A DNA stretch of 64,000 bases from Eledone cirrhosa (lineage: Eukaryota), in the NCBI GenBank assembly GCA_964016885.1, contig OZ024740.1:61752001-61816000 (forward strand). Reading direction: 5' to 3'. Shown here in pieces: positions 1 to 14,056 of the stretch (position 1 is its first letter; every line of letters starts with the position of its first letter). Position numbers and translations under genes: made by a program. Under the pieces are notes generated by a model. It was given only the letters and a program-made list of their open reading frames with translations, did no database searches and was not told where the DNA came from.

Positions 1-252
1 TCCTGCATCAGTTGTTAGCTGATGACACACTGCATCCTTTAAAACCATCATACATTCCGAAATACACCAAAACTACACCTGATGTCCCCCTTCCATACAC
101 ATGCACATATGTGTATATCATGACTCATGCACTGTTCTTTTTTCCTGACGTTTTTATATTACCCTATGTATTATATATGCACTTTTGATGAGTTGTAGTG
201 CACCTCAGCATTGTACACAATATTTTCATTATTATTATCATTATTATTATTA
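1..252 (+). mobile_element. 3' end of CR1/L2-like LINE relic with (TTA)n tail
   Basis: Diverged match to 48260-48442 plus 48645-48723, which follow a CR1/L2-type C-terminal ORF; ends in ATT repeats. Confidence 0.65.
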
Positions 253-717
253 CACTCATTGATCCATTTTGCACTAACTCTGCATCAAGCACCCTCACCT
301 AAATATTAACCAATCAAGGATCCAATACAGCTATCTGTTGGATGAGTATTGTATAGTGCCAAAAACGAAACTAATCAGTTTAGCAGAAAGTTTCCAGACA
401 AGAAACACGCATATTTTGCTATCCTCAAACACGTTTACACATGGCATGAAATATAACTAATCCGAGATGGCTAGGTTTCATCTTCTAATTGGATATACAA
501 AATCCATTATGTCTTGACAACAACATGAGGTAACATTATGTTATTCACAGACACACTTTGTACACTGTTCCATATCAGAATGTATTTCCTTCGTCACATT
601 CACAAACAGTATTGAAAATATGTTCTTCGGCAAATAAAAATGTTTTGTTCATAATATTTCAACTAGCGATTGCTCTACTCCACGCACGACCACCATAAAT
701 TAATGACCAGCTCAACA

Positions 718-892
718 CAAGTATTGGTAGAGCGTCAGACACCATGCTTTGCAGTATTGTTATAGTCCTTTGCATTCTAAGTTCAAATCCTGCCGAGGTT
801 AACTTCGACTTTCATACTTACTAATTCGATAAAATAAAGTACCAGTAATGGACTGCCGTAATGGATTTGTGCCGAAAAATAGAAACACTATT
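718..892 (+). mobile_element. Degenerate tRNA-derived SINE (family of 48443-48626)
   Basis: B-box-like GTTCAAATCC followed by GCCGAGGTTAACTT...GATAAAATAAAGTACCAGTAATG, as in the 48.4-49.2 kb copies. Confidence 0.7.
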
Positions 893-1444
893 AATGTGCA
901 ATAAGAGCAAAATATAACGACATTGCTCAATTATTTTATCTAATGTTGTAATAACACAAGGAAATGTTGTTTGTGTATTTTTTTTTTATATTTGCTCATA
1001 GGCTTTTACAATTTCGCTCAGCCAACAACTATTAAAAAGTGAGTTGCTTAAGATAACAATTTAATCACAAATTGTTGCTATCTTTTAATACACTCCAACA
1101 AGTCATCAAATTATGTACAATAAAAACAAATCTTATTAATTTGCTCAGGGAATATAAAGAAAATGTATATACACTGATAATTGCAATTGTATGTAAATAT
1201 TTTGTTTTTGTATTGTTTATTTTATGTTTTCTATTATGTATAATATATTGATTTAATATTGATTGTTTTTTGTAGTTGTTTATATTAAAAGTCTGAAAAT
1301 ATTTTTATACATCTTACACTAATATTTATAAGATAATTTATAATAACAATTACATAATCTAATTACATTACAACGATAATTTATTATTAATATATATCCT
1401 GTTTAACTAGAGTTATTACAAGCGTTGCCTTAAAAAAATATTAA

Positions 1445-2401
1445 ACTAGACATGAAAAATGCGCAAGCTCAAAAGTGCCACAGAATGTTATAATAAACCT
1501 TCAAAAGTGTGGGACTAGAGTTGTTGCTAAAAAATATTGTAATCATTATATATCGTACATTCTGTGGCATCCTTTATAAAAATAGCTTAAACCAACGAAG
1601 CCTTTATTTTTACGCTATTTCACTTAGTTAATTCTTAGAGTGTAACATATAAAAATAAATACATCTATGTTTAATGTAATAACAGCTATAAATAATTACG
1701 TAATATTATTATCATATACTCATAGTAACAAAATAATTGTGTTGAAAATTAATATGATGCTTATATGAACGATCAAATCTATAATGATAATTTCTTAAAT
1801 ATACTAATAGTAAAATAATTTAGTTATCTATTGTTACATTTTCATAGAACTATAATATTAACAATCGTATTGCATTATCAAATTTTTATCACTACAAACT
1901 TTCATATTGGAATTACCTTAAGCCACTTATTATTACTTCGCTTTCGTACTTTTACAGCTGTAGATATTGCGCTGTATCTTATATCTAATATCAATATCTC
2001 ATGGTAATTTGCATGCAGTGTAAAATAGGTTTATTAATAACTTTAATATGAAATGTATTATACAGGCCTGCGGAGTCGGCCAAAAATTGACTGGCTCCAA
2101 CGCAGGATCCGATACTCCATTATTTCCTAAATTTCAGCTCCGCAGCTCTGTTATTATATTAATTAATTTATTTTATAGTTGTAAATCATATTTTTATATG
2201 TTACACTCTAAGAATTAACTAAGTGAAATAGCGTAAAAATAAAGGCTTCGTTGGTTTAAGCTATTTTTATAAAGGATGCCACAGAATGTACGATATATAA
2301 TGATTACAATATTTTTTAGCAACAACTCTAGTCCCACACTTTTGAAGGTTTATTATAACATTCTGTGGCACTTTTGAGCTTGCGCATTTTTCATGTCTAG
2401 T
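1445..2401. repeat. Fold-back element: ~213-bp inverted arms (1445-1657 / 2189-2401) abutting a TA tract
   Basis: Arms are essentially identical reverse complements; the right arm runs directly into the microsatellite. Confidence 0.9.
2063..2150. mobile_element. 88-bp MITE, probably hAT-type
   Basis: Imperfect TIRs CAGGCCTGCGGAG / CTCCGCAGCTCTG; flanking 8-mers GTATTATA / TTATTATA (7/8 match, TSD-like). Confidence 0.6.
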
Positions 2402-2420
2402 ATATACATGTATATATGTA

Positions 2421-2489
<69 letters not shown>

Positions 2490-2512
2490 ATATATATATA
2501 TGTATATATGTA

Positions 2513-2589
<77 letters not shown>

Positions 2590-2596
2590 ATATGTA

Positions 2597-2635
<39 letters not shown>

Positions 2636-2676
2636 ATATGTATATATGTATATATATATATATATGTATATATGTA

Positions 2677-2707
<31 letters not shown>

Positions 2708-2712
2708 ATATG

Positions 2713-2743
<31 letters not shown>

Positions 2744-2748
2744 ATATG

Positions 2749-2782
<34 letters not shown>

Positions 2783-2796
2783 CATGTATATATGTA

Positions 2797-2848
<52 letters not shown>

Positions 2849-3052
2849 TATATGTATATATATATGTATATATATATATATGTATATGTATATATATATA
2901 TGTATATACATATATATATATGTATATATGTATATATATATATATATGTATATATGTATATATATATGTATGTATATATATATATATGTATATATGTATA
3001 TATATATGTATATATATATGTATATATGTATATATATATGTATATATATATG

Positions 3053-3085
<33 letters not shown>

Positions 3086-3086
3086 G

Positions 3087-3120
<34 letters not shown>

Positions 3121-3140
3121 CATATATATATATATATGTA
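2402..3140. repeat. (TA/TATG)n compound microsatellite
   Basis: Direct reading. Confidence 0.98.
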
Positions 3141-3261
3141 GGAGGTGAGTTTTATTGTAGTACAATAAAGCAATGCAGATATCGGATAAGAAGCACTCTA
3201 CAGTTTGTAGGACTGGAGTATACATAATATAAGATCAAAAGATGGTTAAAGGAGTTCCATG

Positions 3262-3332
3262 TATTTTATTATGCGCATTTCAAAAACAAACATCATCATG
3301 CAATAATATTTGTGTTTTCATCAGATAAAACA
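3262..3332 (-). ncRNA. Type I hammerhead ribozyme (inverted copy)
   Basis: GUUUUAU-CUGAUGA-long stem II-GAAA-UGCGCA-UA-AUAAAAU. Confidence 0.8.
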
Positions 3333-3454
3333 GGAGAACATGATATGAAGGCTAAAAAACACTTGTGGATAGTGCAGTTTTAAATCAACATCAACATGTT
3401 GATTTAAAACTGCACTATCCACAAGTGTTTTTTAGCCTTCATATCATGTTCTCC

Positions 3455-3525
3455 TGTTTTCTCTGATGAAAACACAAATATTATTGCATGATGATGTTTG
3501 TTTTTGAAATGCGCATAATAAAATA
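3455..3525 (+). ncRNA. Type I hammerhead ribozyme
   Basis: CTGATGA 3463-3469, ~15-bp stem II, GAAA 3506-3509, palindromic stem III TGCGCA, AUA cleavage triplet; one stem I mismatch. Confidence 0.75.
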
Positions 3526-3555
3526 CATGGAACTCCTTTAACCATCTTTTGATCT

Positions 3556-3563
<8 letters not shown>

Positions 3564-3601
<38 letters not shown>

Positions 3602-3755
3602 GTATGTATATACATATATATATGTATGTATATATATATATATATGTATATATATGTATGTATATACATATATATATGTATGTATATACATATATATATG
3701 TATATATATCTATGTATATACCTATATATATATGTATATATATGTATGTATATAT

Positions 3756-3792
<37 letters not shown>

Positions 3793-3815
3793 CATACATA
3801 TATGTATGTATATAT

Positions 3816-3852
<37 letters not shown>

Positions 3853-3943
3853 CATACATATATGTATGTATATACATATATATATGTATATATATCTATG
3901 TATATACCTATATATATATGTATATATATGTATGTATATACAT

Positions 3944-3974
<31 letters not shown>

Positions 3975-4031
3975 AATATGTATGTATATATATGTATGTA
4001 TATATGTATATATATGTATGTATATACATAT

Positions 4032-4062
<31 letters not shown>

Positions 4063-4063
4063 A

Positions 4064-4096
<33 letters not shown>

Positions 4097-4109
4097 TATA
4101 TATATATAA

Positions 4110-4142
<33 letters not shown>

Positions 4143-4206
4143 TATGTATGTGTATATATATATATGTATCTATATATATATATATGTATGTATATATATA
4201 TGTATG
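3564..4206. repeat. (TA/TATG)n microsatellite
   Basis: Direct reading. Confidence 0.98.
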
Positions 4207-7200
4207 TCATCATCATCATCATCATCATCATCGTTTAACGTCCATGTTCCACGCTTGTATGGGTTTGGACGGGAGTTTTCCCACTTGAGGCAAGAGTGGT
4301 TGTCTTGCTCGCATAGGACTGTCTGGCGGGTTTTCTACAGTTGGATGCCCTTCCTAACACCAACCACATTTACAGTGTGGGGCTGGGAGGTTTTTACCGT
4401 ATTGCCTACACGGCCACATTAGAGCGTGGACTGTCTGGCGGGTTTTCTACAGCTGGATGCCCTTTCTAACACCAACCACATTTACAGTGTGGGACTGGGA
4501 GGTTTTTACCGTGTTTCCTACACGGTCACATTACAGCGTGGACTGTGTGTTTTTTTGTCGTGACACCTACACGATCTCATTTGTTTCGGCCTGGATTTTG
4601 TGGCACCAACATAACTTTACATTGAAAGGGGCGGTGTGAATGGGGTGGGGGTGGTGGGATGGGGGTGTATTTTGTTAGAGATGCCTACTGACTGTAGTAG
4701 GTTTTACTTTGTATTTAGGTAAGGCGGGTCTTCTCTATTACTGAGTACCGCGAAAGGTCTCGGTCCAGTGACATTGTCTTGGAGAGGTGTAAGTGTGTGA
4801 GGTCGGAATTTATCAGCTCGTCCCAGGTTTTTCTGGTTCTGCCTACTCCGTGGCTACCGTCTATCTTTATTGCCCTGCACTTTGCTATACAGCTGTCCTC
4901 TTTCATGCACATCACGTGACCATACCAACGTAGCCTTCTCTCGAGTAAACAACATCTGATCCCTCTTATTTCTAATTTTTTCCTTAGTTCGTTTATGCTT
5001 TGCCATTCGCGTATATTACTATTACACATCCAGCGGAGCATGCAAGCTTCGTTCCTCTCTAGTCTGCGTATATCCTCTGCACACAATGCCCAGGTCTCAC
5101 TGCCATGCAACATTGCTGTTCGTATGCAGGCATCATACAACCTGCCTTTCATTTTTAGGGAGAACCCTTTAGCGGCTAATAGTGGTATAAGCTCTCTGAA
5201 CTTTTTCCATCCAGTTCTGACTCTAGCTACTGTACTTTCAGAGCACCCTCCCCACTGCTGATTTTGTCACCCAGGTAACGGAAGCTGTCCACTATTTCTA
5301 TAGAACCCTCTGAGCAGTTGAAAGAGCTAGTATTTGTGGGCACTTGCTGCTACTTATTGCACCAGAGCACCGGCCACATGTAAAATCTGTGTTCTTAGTT
5401 AGCTTACCTGTGATCCCACTACATCTTTTATGCACCCATACTTTGCATTTGGGACATAAAATGGAGTTTCTACCTACGCCTTTCCTACACACTGAGCATG
5501 GCCATTTCCCGGAAGGGACCGGCGCCTTATTTTCTTTCCTACAAACTAGAACTTTAGTCTTAGCCAGGTTAATTTTAAGGCCTTTTGATTCTAGGCCGTG
5601 CTTCCATGTTTGGAATTTCTTCTCTAGCTCGGCCATTGATTCAGCTATGAGTGTTAGGTCATCTGCGTATAGGAGTTCCCATGGGCAGCCGGTCTTGAAC
5701 TCCTCTGTTATAGCCTGAAGAGCAATAATGAATAGTAGGGGGCTAAGAACAGAGCCCTGATGGACACCAACTTTTACGCTAAACTCTTCACTATATTCGT
5801 TGTTAATTCTAACCTTGCTCTCTGTTTCTTTATACATGGCTTGTATAGCTCTCACAAGCCATTCGTCAACACCTAGTTTTCTAAGAGCCCACCAGATAAT
5901 GGAACGGGGGACTCTGTCGAAGGCTTTCTCCAAGTCGACAAAGGCTAAGTATAGGGGTTTACTTTTAGCTAGGTACTTCTCCTGTAGTTGTCGTACAATG
6001 AAAAGAGCGTCTGTGGTACTTTTGCCTGACACAAACCCGAACTGCATTTCATCTAGATCGATTCTCTCTCTGATTAGTTGCACTATTACTTTTTCCGTGA
6101 CCTTCATGACCTGGTCGATTAATTTAATCCCTCTATAGCTACTCCTATCTAGGGCGTCTCCTTTACCCTTGTAACAGTTAATGATGATGCTGCTACGCCA
6201 GTCCTTCGGAACAACCCCATTCTGTATGACTTGGTTTACTATCCGGGTGACCATGGTGTGTCCCACCGTTCCAGTGGTCTTCAGCATCTCAGCAACTATT
6301 TCCGAAGGCCCAGCCGCCTTACCCGTCTTCATATCTTTGATTGCCTTACTTATTATACTACACACTGCTGGTGCCTCTATTGGATCGATCTGTGAGAGAC
6401 TATCCTTCTCCCATTTATTCTCATTTAGTAGCCTCTCGTAGTGACACTTCCAAGCGACCTTCTTATCAGCGTCAGTGATGGCGAGTACGCCATCATCATT
6501 TAGTACACACTTCTCCCCAACAATATCACGGGTTTCCTTGACACATTGCCTAGCAATCCTGAACACCTCACGTTTTTGGTCCTCGTGTTGTAGAACATGC
6601 TTGAACTTTCTTTCCTCTTTTTCCCTTCTTGCGAAGTACACTTGTCTCCTAGCTTCCCTCCTGCCCACTTGATAGTCTTCTCTACTTCCCCCATCCCGCC
6701 ATACTTTCCAAGCCTGCTTTTTGGCTTTAATCGACTCCTCCACCTTACTGTTCCACCACCATGTTACTCTCCTCCTGCCTATAGGCCTGCTCCGGCCACA
6801 GACTTCGTCTGCCGCCATCAGCAGGTTTGCTTTCAGGAATTCCCACTGTCCCTCTATATTGTCCGACTCTAAATGCTCTTCCTTACTGTCGAAAGCATCA
6901 AGTAATATGCTTTGAAATTTATTTCTGGCTGTGGGGTCCTTTAGCTTCCATATTTTTCTCTTGAGGATAGTCCTCTTCTGCTGTCGAGTACGTCTCGTCC
7001 TGACTATGAGGTCGCTAATTATCAGTCTATGTTGGGAGGTGCATTCTTCATGGGGGAGGGATTTAGTGTTTACAACAGTCACTCTGTCACGTCTTCTGGT
7101 AAAGATATAATCTACCTGGCTGGTATGTTCCCCTGATCTGTAGGTGATCAAGTGATTGTCTCGTTTTTTGAAGTTAGTGTTACAGATTGTTAGGTTATTT

Positions 7201-7930
7201 GCGTCACAGAATTCCAGGATTCTGGAGCCTTCCTCATTTCTAGTACCAAACCCATAGCCTCCATGGATTTCATCATAGCCGTCACAATGTTGTCCAACGT
7301 GACCATTTAGGTCGCCAGCAATAATTATATAGTCACTGTCGGTTATTTGGGAGGTAGTGAGCATCAGTGTCTCATAGAAAGTGTCTTTTATAGCGCCAGG
7401 CAGTCCGGATTGGGGCGCGTACGCAGATATTATCGTCACAGTAGTTCTATTTAGAACAAGTCTTATTTTAATTATTCTGTCGTTTACTCTATTTACGTCT
7501 ATTATCTTATCCACCCATTTTTCTGCTAGCATGATTCCTACTCCACCCAGCCCATTGTCATTTCCCACCCAGAACAGCTTATAGCATCGTTTTTTACCCA
7601 CAATGAATCTAGCAGACCCGCCCCTCCACCCGGTCTCTTGGGTGCAGCAGACATCAACCTCCTTACGTTCAAGCATTTCTACAACCTCGTTTGAGCGGCC
7701 TTTTAAGGTCCCTACATTCATGGTACCAACTCTGAAGTTTTGGATTGCGTTGGTGGGTGGGGTGCAGGTAGGGGTGTGGTTGATGGGGTTGGGGTTATGT
7801 TGGCCATCCGTGGCCGCAACAAAGAGGGTGGGGCTTCGCCCTTTCGTCCGGCAGCATGAGGTGAATTTGTCGTTATCTTTTGCATTGTCTTCGGGTGTCC
7901 AGATTCATCCGACTCCAGAAATTCCCTAGT
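4207..7930 (-). mobile_element. RTE-clade LINE, family A, near full length
   Basis: APE plus RT ORF, 3'UTR containing a ~113-bp tandem duplication (4316-4545), (GAT)n tail; 5' boundary approximate. Confidence 0.9.
4715..7721 (-). pseudogene. APE endonuclease-reverse transcriptase with PHD-like finger, frameshifted near 5250-5350
   Basis: NVGTL, QET, SAYAPQ, GDLNGH, SQH (APE); [25 protein letters not shown] (RT); C-terminus continues in ORF 4715-5152. Confidence 0.92.
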
Positions 7931-8035
7931 TCATCCATCATATCGAAAAAGCAGCCAGAAGTGGTAGCATAGGTCGTTTACTTGTGATTGGTCCAAATAA
8001 TAAGGTGGAGAGTGGGGGCGGGTTATGGGGTAGTT

Positions 8036-8712
8036 TGCGAGGAGCAGAATTATTTTTAGAACAACGGTGAGACAGAGCAGAATTATAGAAAGCCAATTTT
8101 GAATACGATTTTTTGATTCTGGGAGATTGTAAGATATATAGATGAATGAACCGAATGTGGAGAGTTGAGAAGAAATGAATATGTACGTTACATTTCGTAG
8201 AAGAAAACTGAACAAGCGACCATCAATAATAGGAGACAAATTCTGGGTTTAGTCCCCTGTAGCAAGGCTTATTTATATTTGGTTGGCAAGGAGTGAGGGG
8301 GAGTGTGAGAGCAGCGTATGTGAGAGTGAGGGGGTGAGAGGCGATTTCAGCAGGCTGAGAGAGAGAGAGGGCAATCCCTAATTTAACCTGGCATAATTTT
8401 TTTTCGGCCAAAATGGTTGCGGGAATATTATTTAGAATTGTAGAAAGACAAACAATTATGAACATGATTTTTTGATTCTGGGGGATTGTAAGATATATAG
8501 ATGCGAGGAGCAGAATTATTTTTAGAACAACGGTGAGACAGAACAGAATTATAGAAAGCCAATTTTGAATACGATTTTTTGATTCTGGGAGATTGTAAGA
8601 TATATAGATGAATGAACCGAATGTGGAGAGTTGAGAAGAAATGAATATGTACGTTACATTTCGTAGAAGAAAACTGAACAAGCGACCATCAATAATAGGA
8701 GACAAATTCTGG
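8036..8712. repeat. ~210-bp direct repeat (8036-8246 / 8503-8712) plus a partial third copy (~8466-8502)
   Basis: Direct sequence match; lies between the LINE 5' end and a TA tract. Confidence 0.85.
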
Positions 8713-8906
8713 TATGTATATATATATATATGTTTGTATATATATATATATGTATGTATATATATATATATATGTATGTATATATATATATGTATGTATA
8801 TATATATGTATGTATATATATATATATGTATATATATATGTATATATATGTATATATATATATGTATGTATATATATATGTATGTATATATATATATATG
8901 TATATA

Positions 8907-8947
<41 letters not shown>

Positions 8948-9012
8948 ATATATATGTATGTATATATATATGTATGTATATATATATATATGTATGTATA
9001 TATATATGTATG

Positions 9013-9045
<33 letters not shown>

Positions 9046-9050
9046 GTATG

Positions 9051-9097
<47 letters not shown>

Positions 9098-9126
9098 GTA
9101 TATATATATATATGTATATATATATG

Positions 9127-9177
<51 letters not shown>

Positions 9178-9276
9178 GTATGTATATATATATGTATGTA
9201 TATATATATATATATGTATATATATCTATGTATATATATATGTATGTATATATATATATATGTATATATATCTATG

Positions 9277-9310
<34 letters not shown>

Positions 9311-9362
9311 TGTATATATATGTATATATATATATATATATATGTATGTATATATATATATA
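8713..9362. repeat. (TA/TATG)n microsatellite
   Basis: Direct reading. Confidence 0.98.
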
Positions 9363-9639
9363 TCTCCTACCGACCACATGGAGATATATGTATGTATATT
9401 GCTTCCACCCCCTCACTGACTAGCAGCTGGCCATCTGGCCATTGCTAAATCTGACCTTAAAAAAAAACCACTCCCCACAAATAATTCCTCATTCACTACC
9501 AGAAAGGGACACACAGCAGTCAACTTGCTGCTACCAAGATGAAAACTACTATGAAAGCCCACACTGAATTTTATACTTGAATTTTCAAATCTCAAATTTT
9601 AATTCTTCTTATTGTTAATTTTTCTTAATATTAATCAAC

Positions 9640-9681
9640 ATTTGAAAAGATGGCTTTTGCAGACCCATCGAAACCGGTCAT
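9640..9681 (+). ncRNA. Minimal hammerhead motif, U3-A8 variant, in 5' pLTR
   Basis: TTGAAAA-GATGG..CCATC-GAAA-CCGG-TC; stem I weak. Confidence 0.6.
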
Positions 9682-10035
9682 TTTTTATACCCTTTATTCT
9701 TTCCTTACCTTATAAAATTATATGTTTTTTCACAAAAAAGTATCCTGTCTCTTATATATTCCATGTGCCATTACCAACCTCAATTTTCTCTATAACCTTC
9801 GTTTTGTGTAGAAACTTACACTTTTCATATATACTAACCTACGCAAATCCGGAAAATGGCACTGGAACAAGACAACACAACTTAAAACTCCAATATAAAT
9901 GAGGAAATCCTAAAATAGATAAATGGAAAACTCACCATTCTGACAAAAAAACAGGATATATCCCAAACCACCACACCGACTGGCAACCAAATTTATTTAA
10001 ACGTTCAAAACGTATGCAACTCCATCGAAAAACTT

Positions 10036-13000
10036 ATGAATACCAAAACAGAACAGAAAACATTGCTCCATATCAAAAATCAAATGGGACACCTCTGGAA
10101 AAAACATCTAAAAACCAGAAAATTCACTTTCTGGAATATGATAAAAAACCTCAACAAAGCTGGAATTTACCAGAAATGGATTAACTCAACACCGATAGTT
10201 TTACCACGTAAATTCCAAATAAAGCATATTACAAACGAACCTGAACCAGAAAGAAAACTCCGTGAACAAATGTCACTCAACAGGATAAACATGGAAATAG
10301 AACTCCTAAAATTAACGGCCACCTCCAACGAGCAAGAGTATAAGGATACTGATAAAAAGATGGAGGAAGAATGCACTAAAAAGGCCGAGGGAACAACCCT
10401 ACAAAATTTAATCAAATCGATGAAACAGGACTGTGAGAATGCAGAAATTATTTCCCTTAAACGGCGGGAAAAATCCGAAAACTGGTTCCTCAAATATGAA
10501 GAAGACTTGAAAAGGACGCACCAAACAGGTAACCCCTTTATAAAGCATTTGAACATAACAAGAACTACAACAGACACATTTACACCACCAAACCCAACAC
10601 ACACTAACCACAGGCACATCCCCCACCAACACAAACCAAATACGGCCAACTACACCAAAAGAAACACACCCAACCACCACAACACAGGTTTCCGTAAAAA
10701 TACCCCCTACATAAACCAACGACAAAATAACATAAATCCAACTCACAACACACACACCACATTCCTCAGAAGAAATCCACCCAGACCACTTGAAATCACA
10801 ACAGAACTTACCCACAACCACACCAGACATCACCCTCAATCCAACAAAAGACAACCCCCCAACCTCAACACTCTGTACCACAGAAATAACGCACCCAGAC
10901 CACATGAACCAACAACAGAACCCTTGCTCATTAACAACCACAACACATACCACCCCCACCATCATATTCACCCTCATGAAACAACAAGCTACAGACCCTC
11001 ACGCAACAGACCAACAAAATATAATCACACAAAACTACATTCCTTCTTTAGGGAAAAGCCTGAAATACCAGGATACTCGATGCCCCCCCCCCCCCCCCCC
11101 CCCCTCAGGAGAAACCAAAAATAATCAACCTCTCAAAGACACCTCTAACCAACACACAAATCAACATTTTAAGTAAGGGCCTGAAATTTACACCTACACC
11201 ACGTAAACCAAACTTCCCCGAAATGAAAGATGACATCATAGAATTCTGCTGAAAGCTGCAACTAACGGAATTCTTCCACAACGACACCAACACTGAAGAC
11301 GAATCACTGGTTAGAAATAAAAGCAATTTCTGCCCACAAAAGGGAAGAAATAAAGCACTGGACACGTACTGCGAACACATCACCAACTTTCCCTATGAAA
11401 AAATTACAAATAAACACACAAAATCAAACCTATCTACACACGAATGGGAAGAATTATTCACACTTAGAAACAACCCTGAGATAACCATCAAAGAAGCCGA
11501 TAAAGGCAGTACTGTTGTCATTATGAATACGGACTACTATAGGACCCTCGCACTTAACATTTTAGAAAACAACACATACTATGAAAAAACAGAAAACTAC
11601 AAACACACCAAAACAATGGGGAACCTTTTGACCTTACTGAATAAATACCGCAACAGCTTAACCACAAAAGAGTTTAACTATATAAGCCACTTCAAATGCA
11701 ATACAAGCTCTTTTTACGGCTTACCGAAACTCCACAAATGTAAACCCATAAACGATGCATGTGACACCTCAACCAACAATTACATTGAACTAACACCACC
11801 AGAAGACCTAAAACTCAGGCCAATTATAGCAGGCCCTACATGTGAAACCCACAGACTTAGCAACTTTCTGGACATCCTACTGAAACCCTTTCTACAATAT
11901 ATACAGAGCTACATACGAGATGACCTTGACATGCTGAAACACCTCCCTAAAACAGTAAGTGCAAATACAATTCTTGTCTCCTTTGACGTAATAAACCTCT
12001 ACACAAACATACCCCACAACTATGGAATAACAGCAGTCCAATACTGGCTTAACACACACCCATCAGAAATACCGACACGCATCAACAAAGATTTTATCAC
12101 TGACGGACTCCGCTTTATCCTACAAAATAACTACTTCACATTCAATGGTATCAGCAACAGACAAGTATCAGGTACGGCAATGGGCACGAAAGTAGCACCC
12201 ATATATGCCAACCTAGTCATGGGATTCCATGAACAACAAATATACAGTCAGTCCCTTCTCTTATTTGGAGACTCTTTCCACACACACCTCAAAGCCAATT
12301 GGAAAAGATATCTAGACGACTGCTTTATCCTATGGCAAGAAGACATGAACTCACTTACTATGTTTAAAAACATGATAAACAACATAGATAATAACATACA
12401 ATTCACAATGGAATCCAATCCCAAGGAATTAGCCTTCTTGGATATTCTCATCTCTGTAATAGACGGGAAATTAGATACAGATATATTCTATAAACCCACA
12501 GATTCCAAGCAATACCTCTTTTTCACATCAAGTCACCCAAAACATACAAAACTTAACATACCTTACAATTTGGCCAAATGTATATGTACCATAGTATCAG
12601 ATCCACCTAAACGGGAGCAAAGACTAAAGGAACTAAAAGACACCCTTATCTTAAGAGCCTTTCCACTTGAAATAATCAACAATGGAATAGACAGGGCAAA
12701 ACACCTAAATCCCCATCAACTTAACAATCCAAAACAGAAAACCACACTCAACACCCTGCCATATGTATCCACTTTCAACCCCAGAAATACCGAAATGTTT
12801 GATCACCTACACAAAAACCTCCCCATCCTACTTAAAGATGTAAAAATGAAGTCTATTCTTGAAACACACAAGATCCTTAAAAGTAAAAGACAACCCAAAT
12901 CACTAAAACGCATTCTCACTGGACCAAATATACCCAAACCAATCCTCAACCCTACAGTTACCAAATGTGGTAGAACAAACTGTGGAACGTGCCTCTACCT

Positions 13001-13369
13001 CACTGAAGGACAAAAATTTACATTTAAAGATGGCCAAACATTTACAGTAAAAAACAATTTCACCTGCAACTCGGAGAACTTGATTTACGCAATAACTTGC
13101 GGTGGGTGCAAACACAACTACATAGGACAGATGGGCACCTCATTACGCAAAAGAATGACCATCCACCGCTAACAAATCCGGGACGCTAACACAAGAAAAA
13201 TCCCCTTGAGCAGCCATATTGCGAACTGCGCAGGAATGACACTACTCAACTTTAAAATCTTCCCATTCTACAAGTGCTCAGATTCGTTCACACAGCAACA
13301 AAGAATAAACAAAGAAAATCTATTCCTTAACAAATTTAAACCAAAACTAAACGGGTTATCACCCCAATA
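10036..13369 (+). pseudogene. PLE polyprotein (N-terminal region, RT, Cys linker, GIY-YIG), disrupted
   Basis: Probable frameshift at poly-C ~11083-11104; LSKGLKFTP domain; stops near 11250 and 13170; FYGLPKLHK, FDVINLYTNI, GTAMGT, RYLDD, KCGRTNCGTC, NLIY..CGGC..YIGQ. Confidence 0.88.
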
Positions 13370-13806
13370 GAATTGTCATAAAATATAAACACACATACGC
13401 ACGGAGTGACAGATATGTGTGTGTATGTGTGCATGTATATAATTATCACTACTATTAAAGACCAGAGACCAATTCTGTAGAATCAGGTTTATTCGTTGAC
13501 AGACCATGCCTTTGTGTGACCAACACATCCATGTTAAACCCTGCACGTGCACACACATATATCTATATATATATGCGCACACAGAATTCACCACTGTCGG
13601 TTGCGGGGCCCAATCTACATGAAGAACTCAATGTGATCAGAATGACTTGTATTTTAATTTCACTGTTCTAACTTCTTATATTATGGAAAAAATATGTGTA
13701 TGTATGTATATATATATATTTGGAGGCCATTTCTCTATGTGTATGCGTGTATGTATGTGTATGTGTGTGTGTATGTGTGTGCATGTGGATGTATGTATGT
13801 GTATGT

Positions 13807-13838
<32 letters not shown>

Positions 13839-14007
13839 GTGTATCTGGATGTATGTGTATGTATATATATGTGTGTGTGTGTGTATATATATGTGTGTGT
13901 ATGTGTATATATGTGTGTGTTTGTATGTGTGTATGTATATATGTGTGTGTGTATGTATGTGTGTGTGTGTATGTGTATATGTGTGTGTGTGTGTATGTGT
14001 GTATGTA

Positions 14008-14056
<49 letters not shown>

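Larger units (their letters stand above)
3224..3563. mobile_element. Near-perfect palindrome (arms 3224-3391 / 3396-3563); non-autonomous PLE-like fold-back element
   Basis: 168-bp arms with a 4-nt spacer; each arm contains a hammerhead motif; abuts a TA tract. Confidence 0.8.

Noticed and set aside
375-436. Minus-strand TTGAGGA...GAAA hammerhead-like string
   Set aside because: No NUH triplet and the stems do not pair
5344-7929. Antisense ORFs over the RTE copies (also at 15-17, 21-23, 37-41 and 61-62 kb)
   Set aside because: Shadow frames of the LINE ORF
8165-8205. TTGAGAA-GAAATG..CATTTC hairpin resembling a U3-A8 hammerhead
   Set aside because: GAAA is replaced by GTAG; no stem III or stem I
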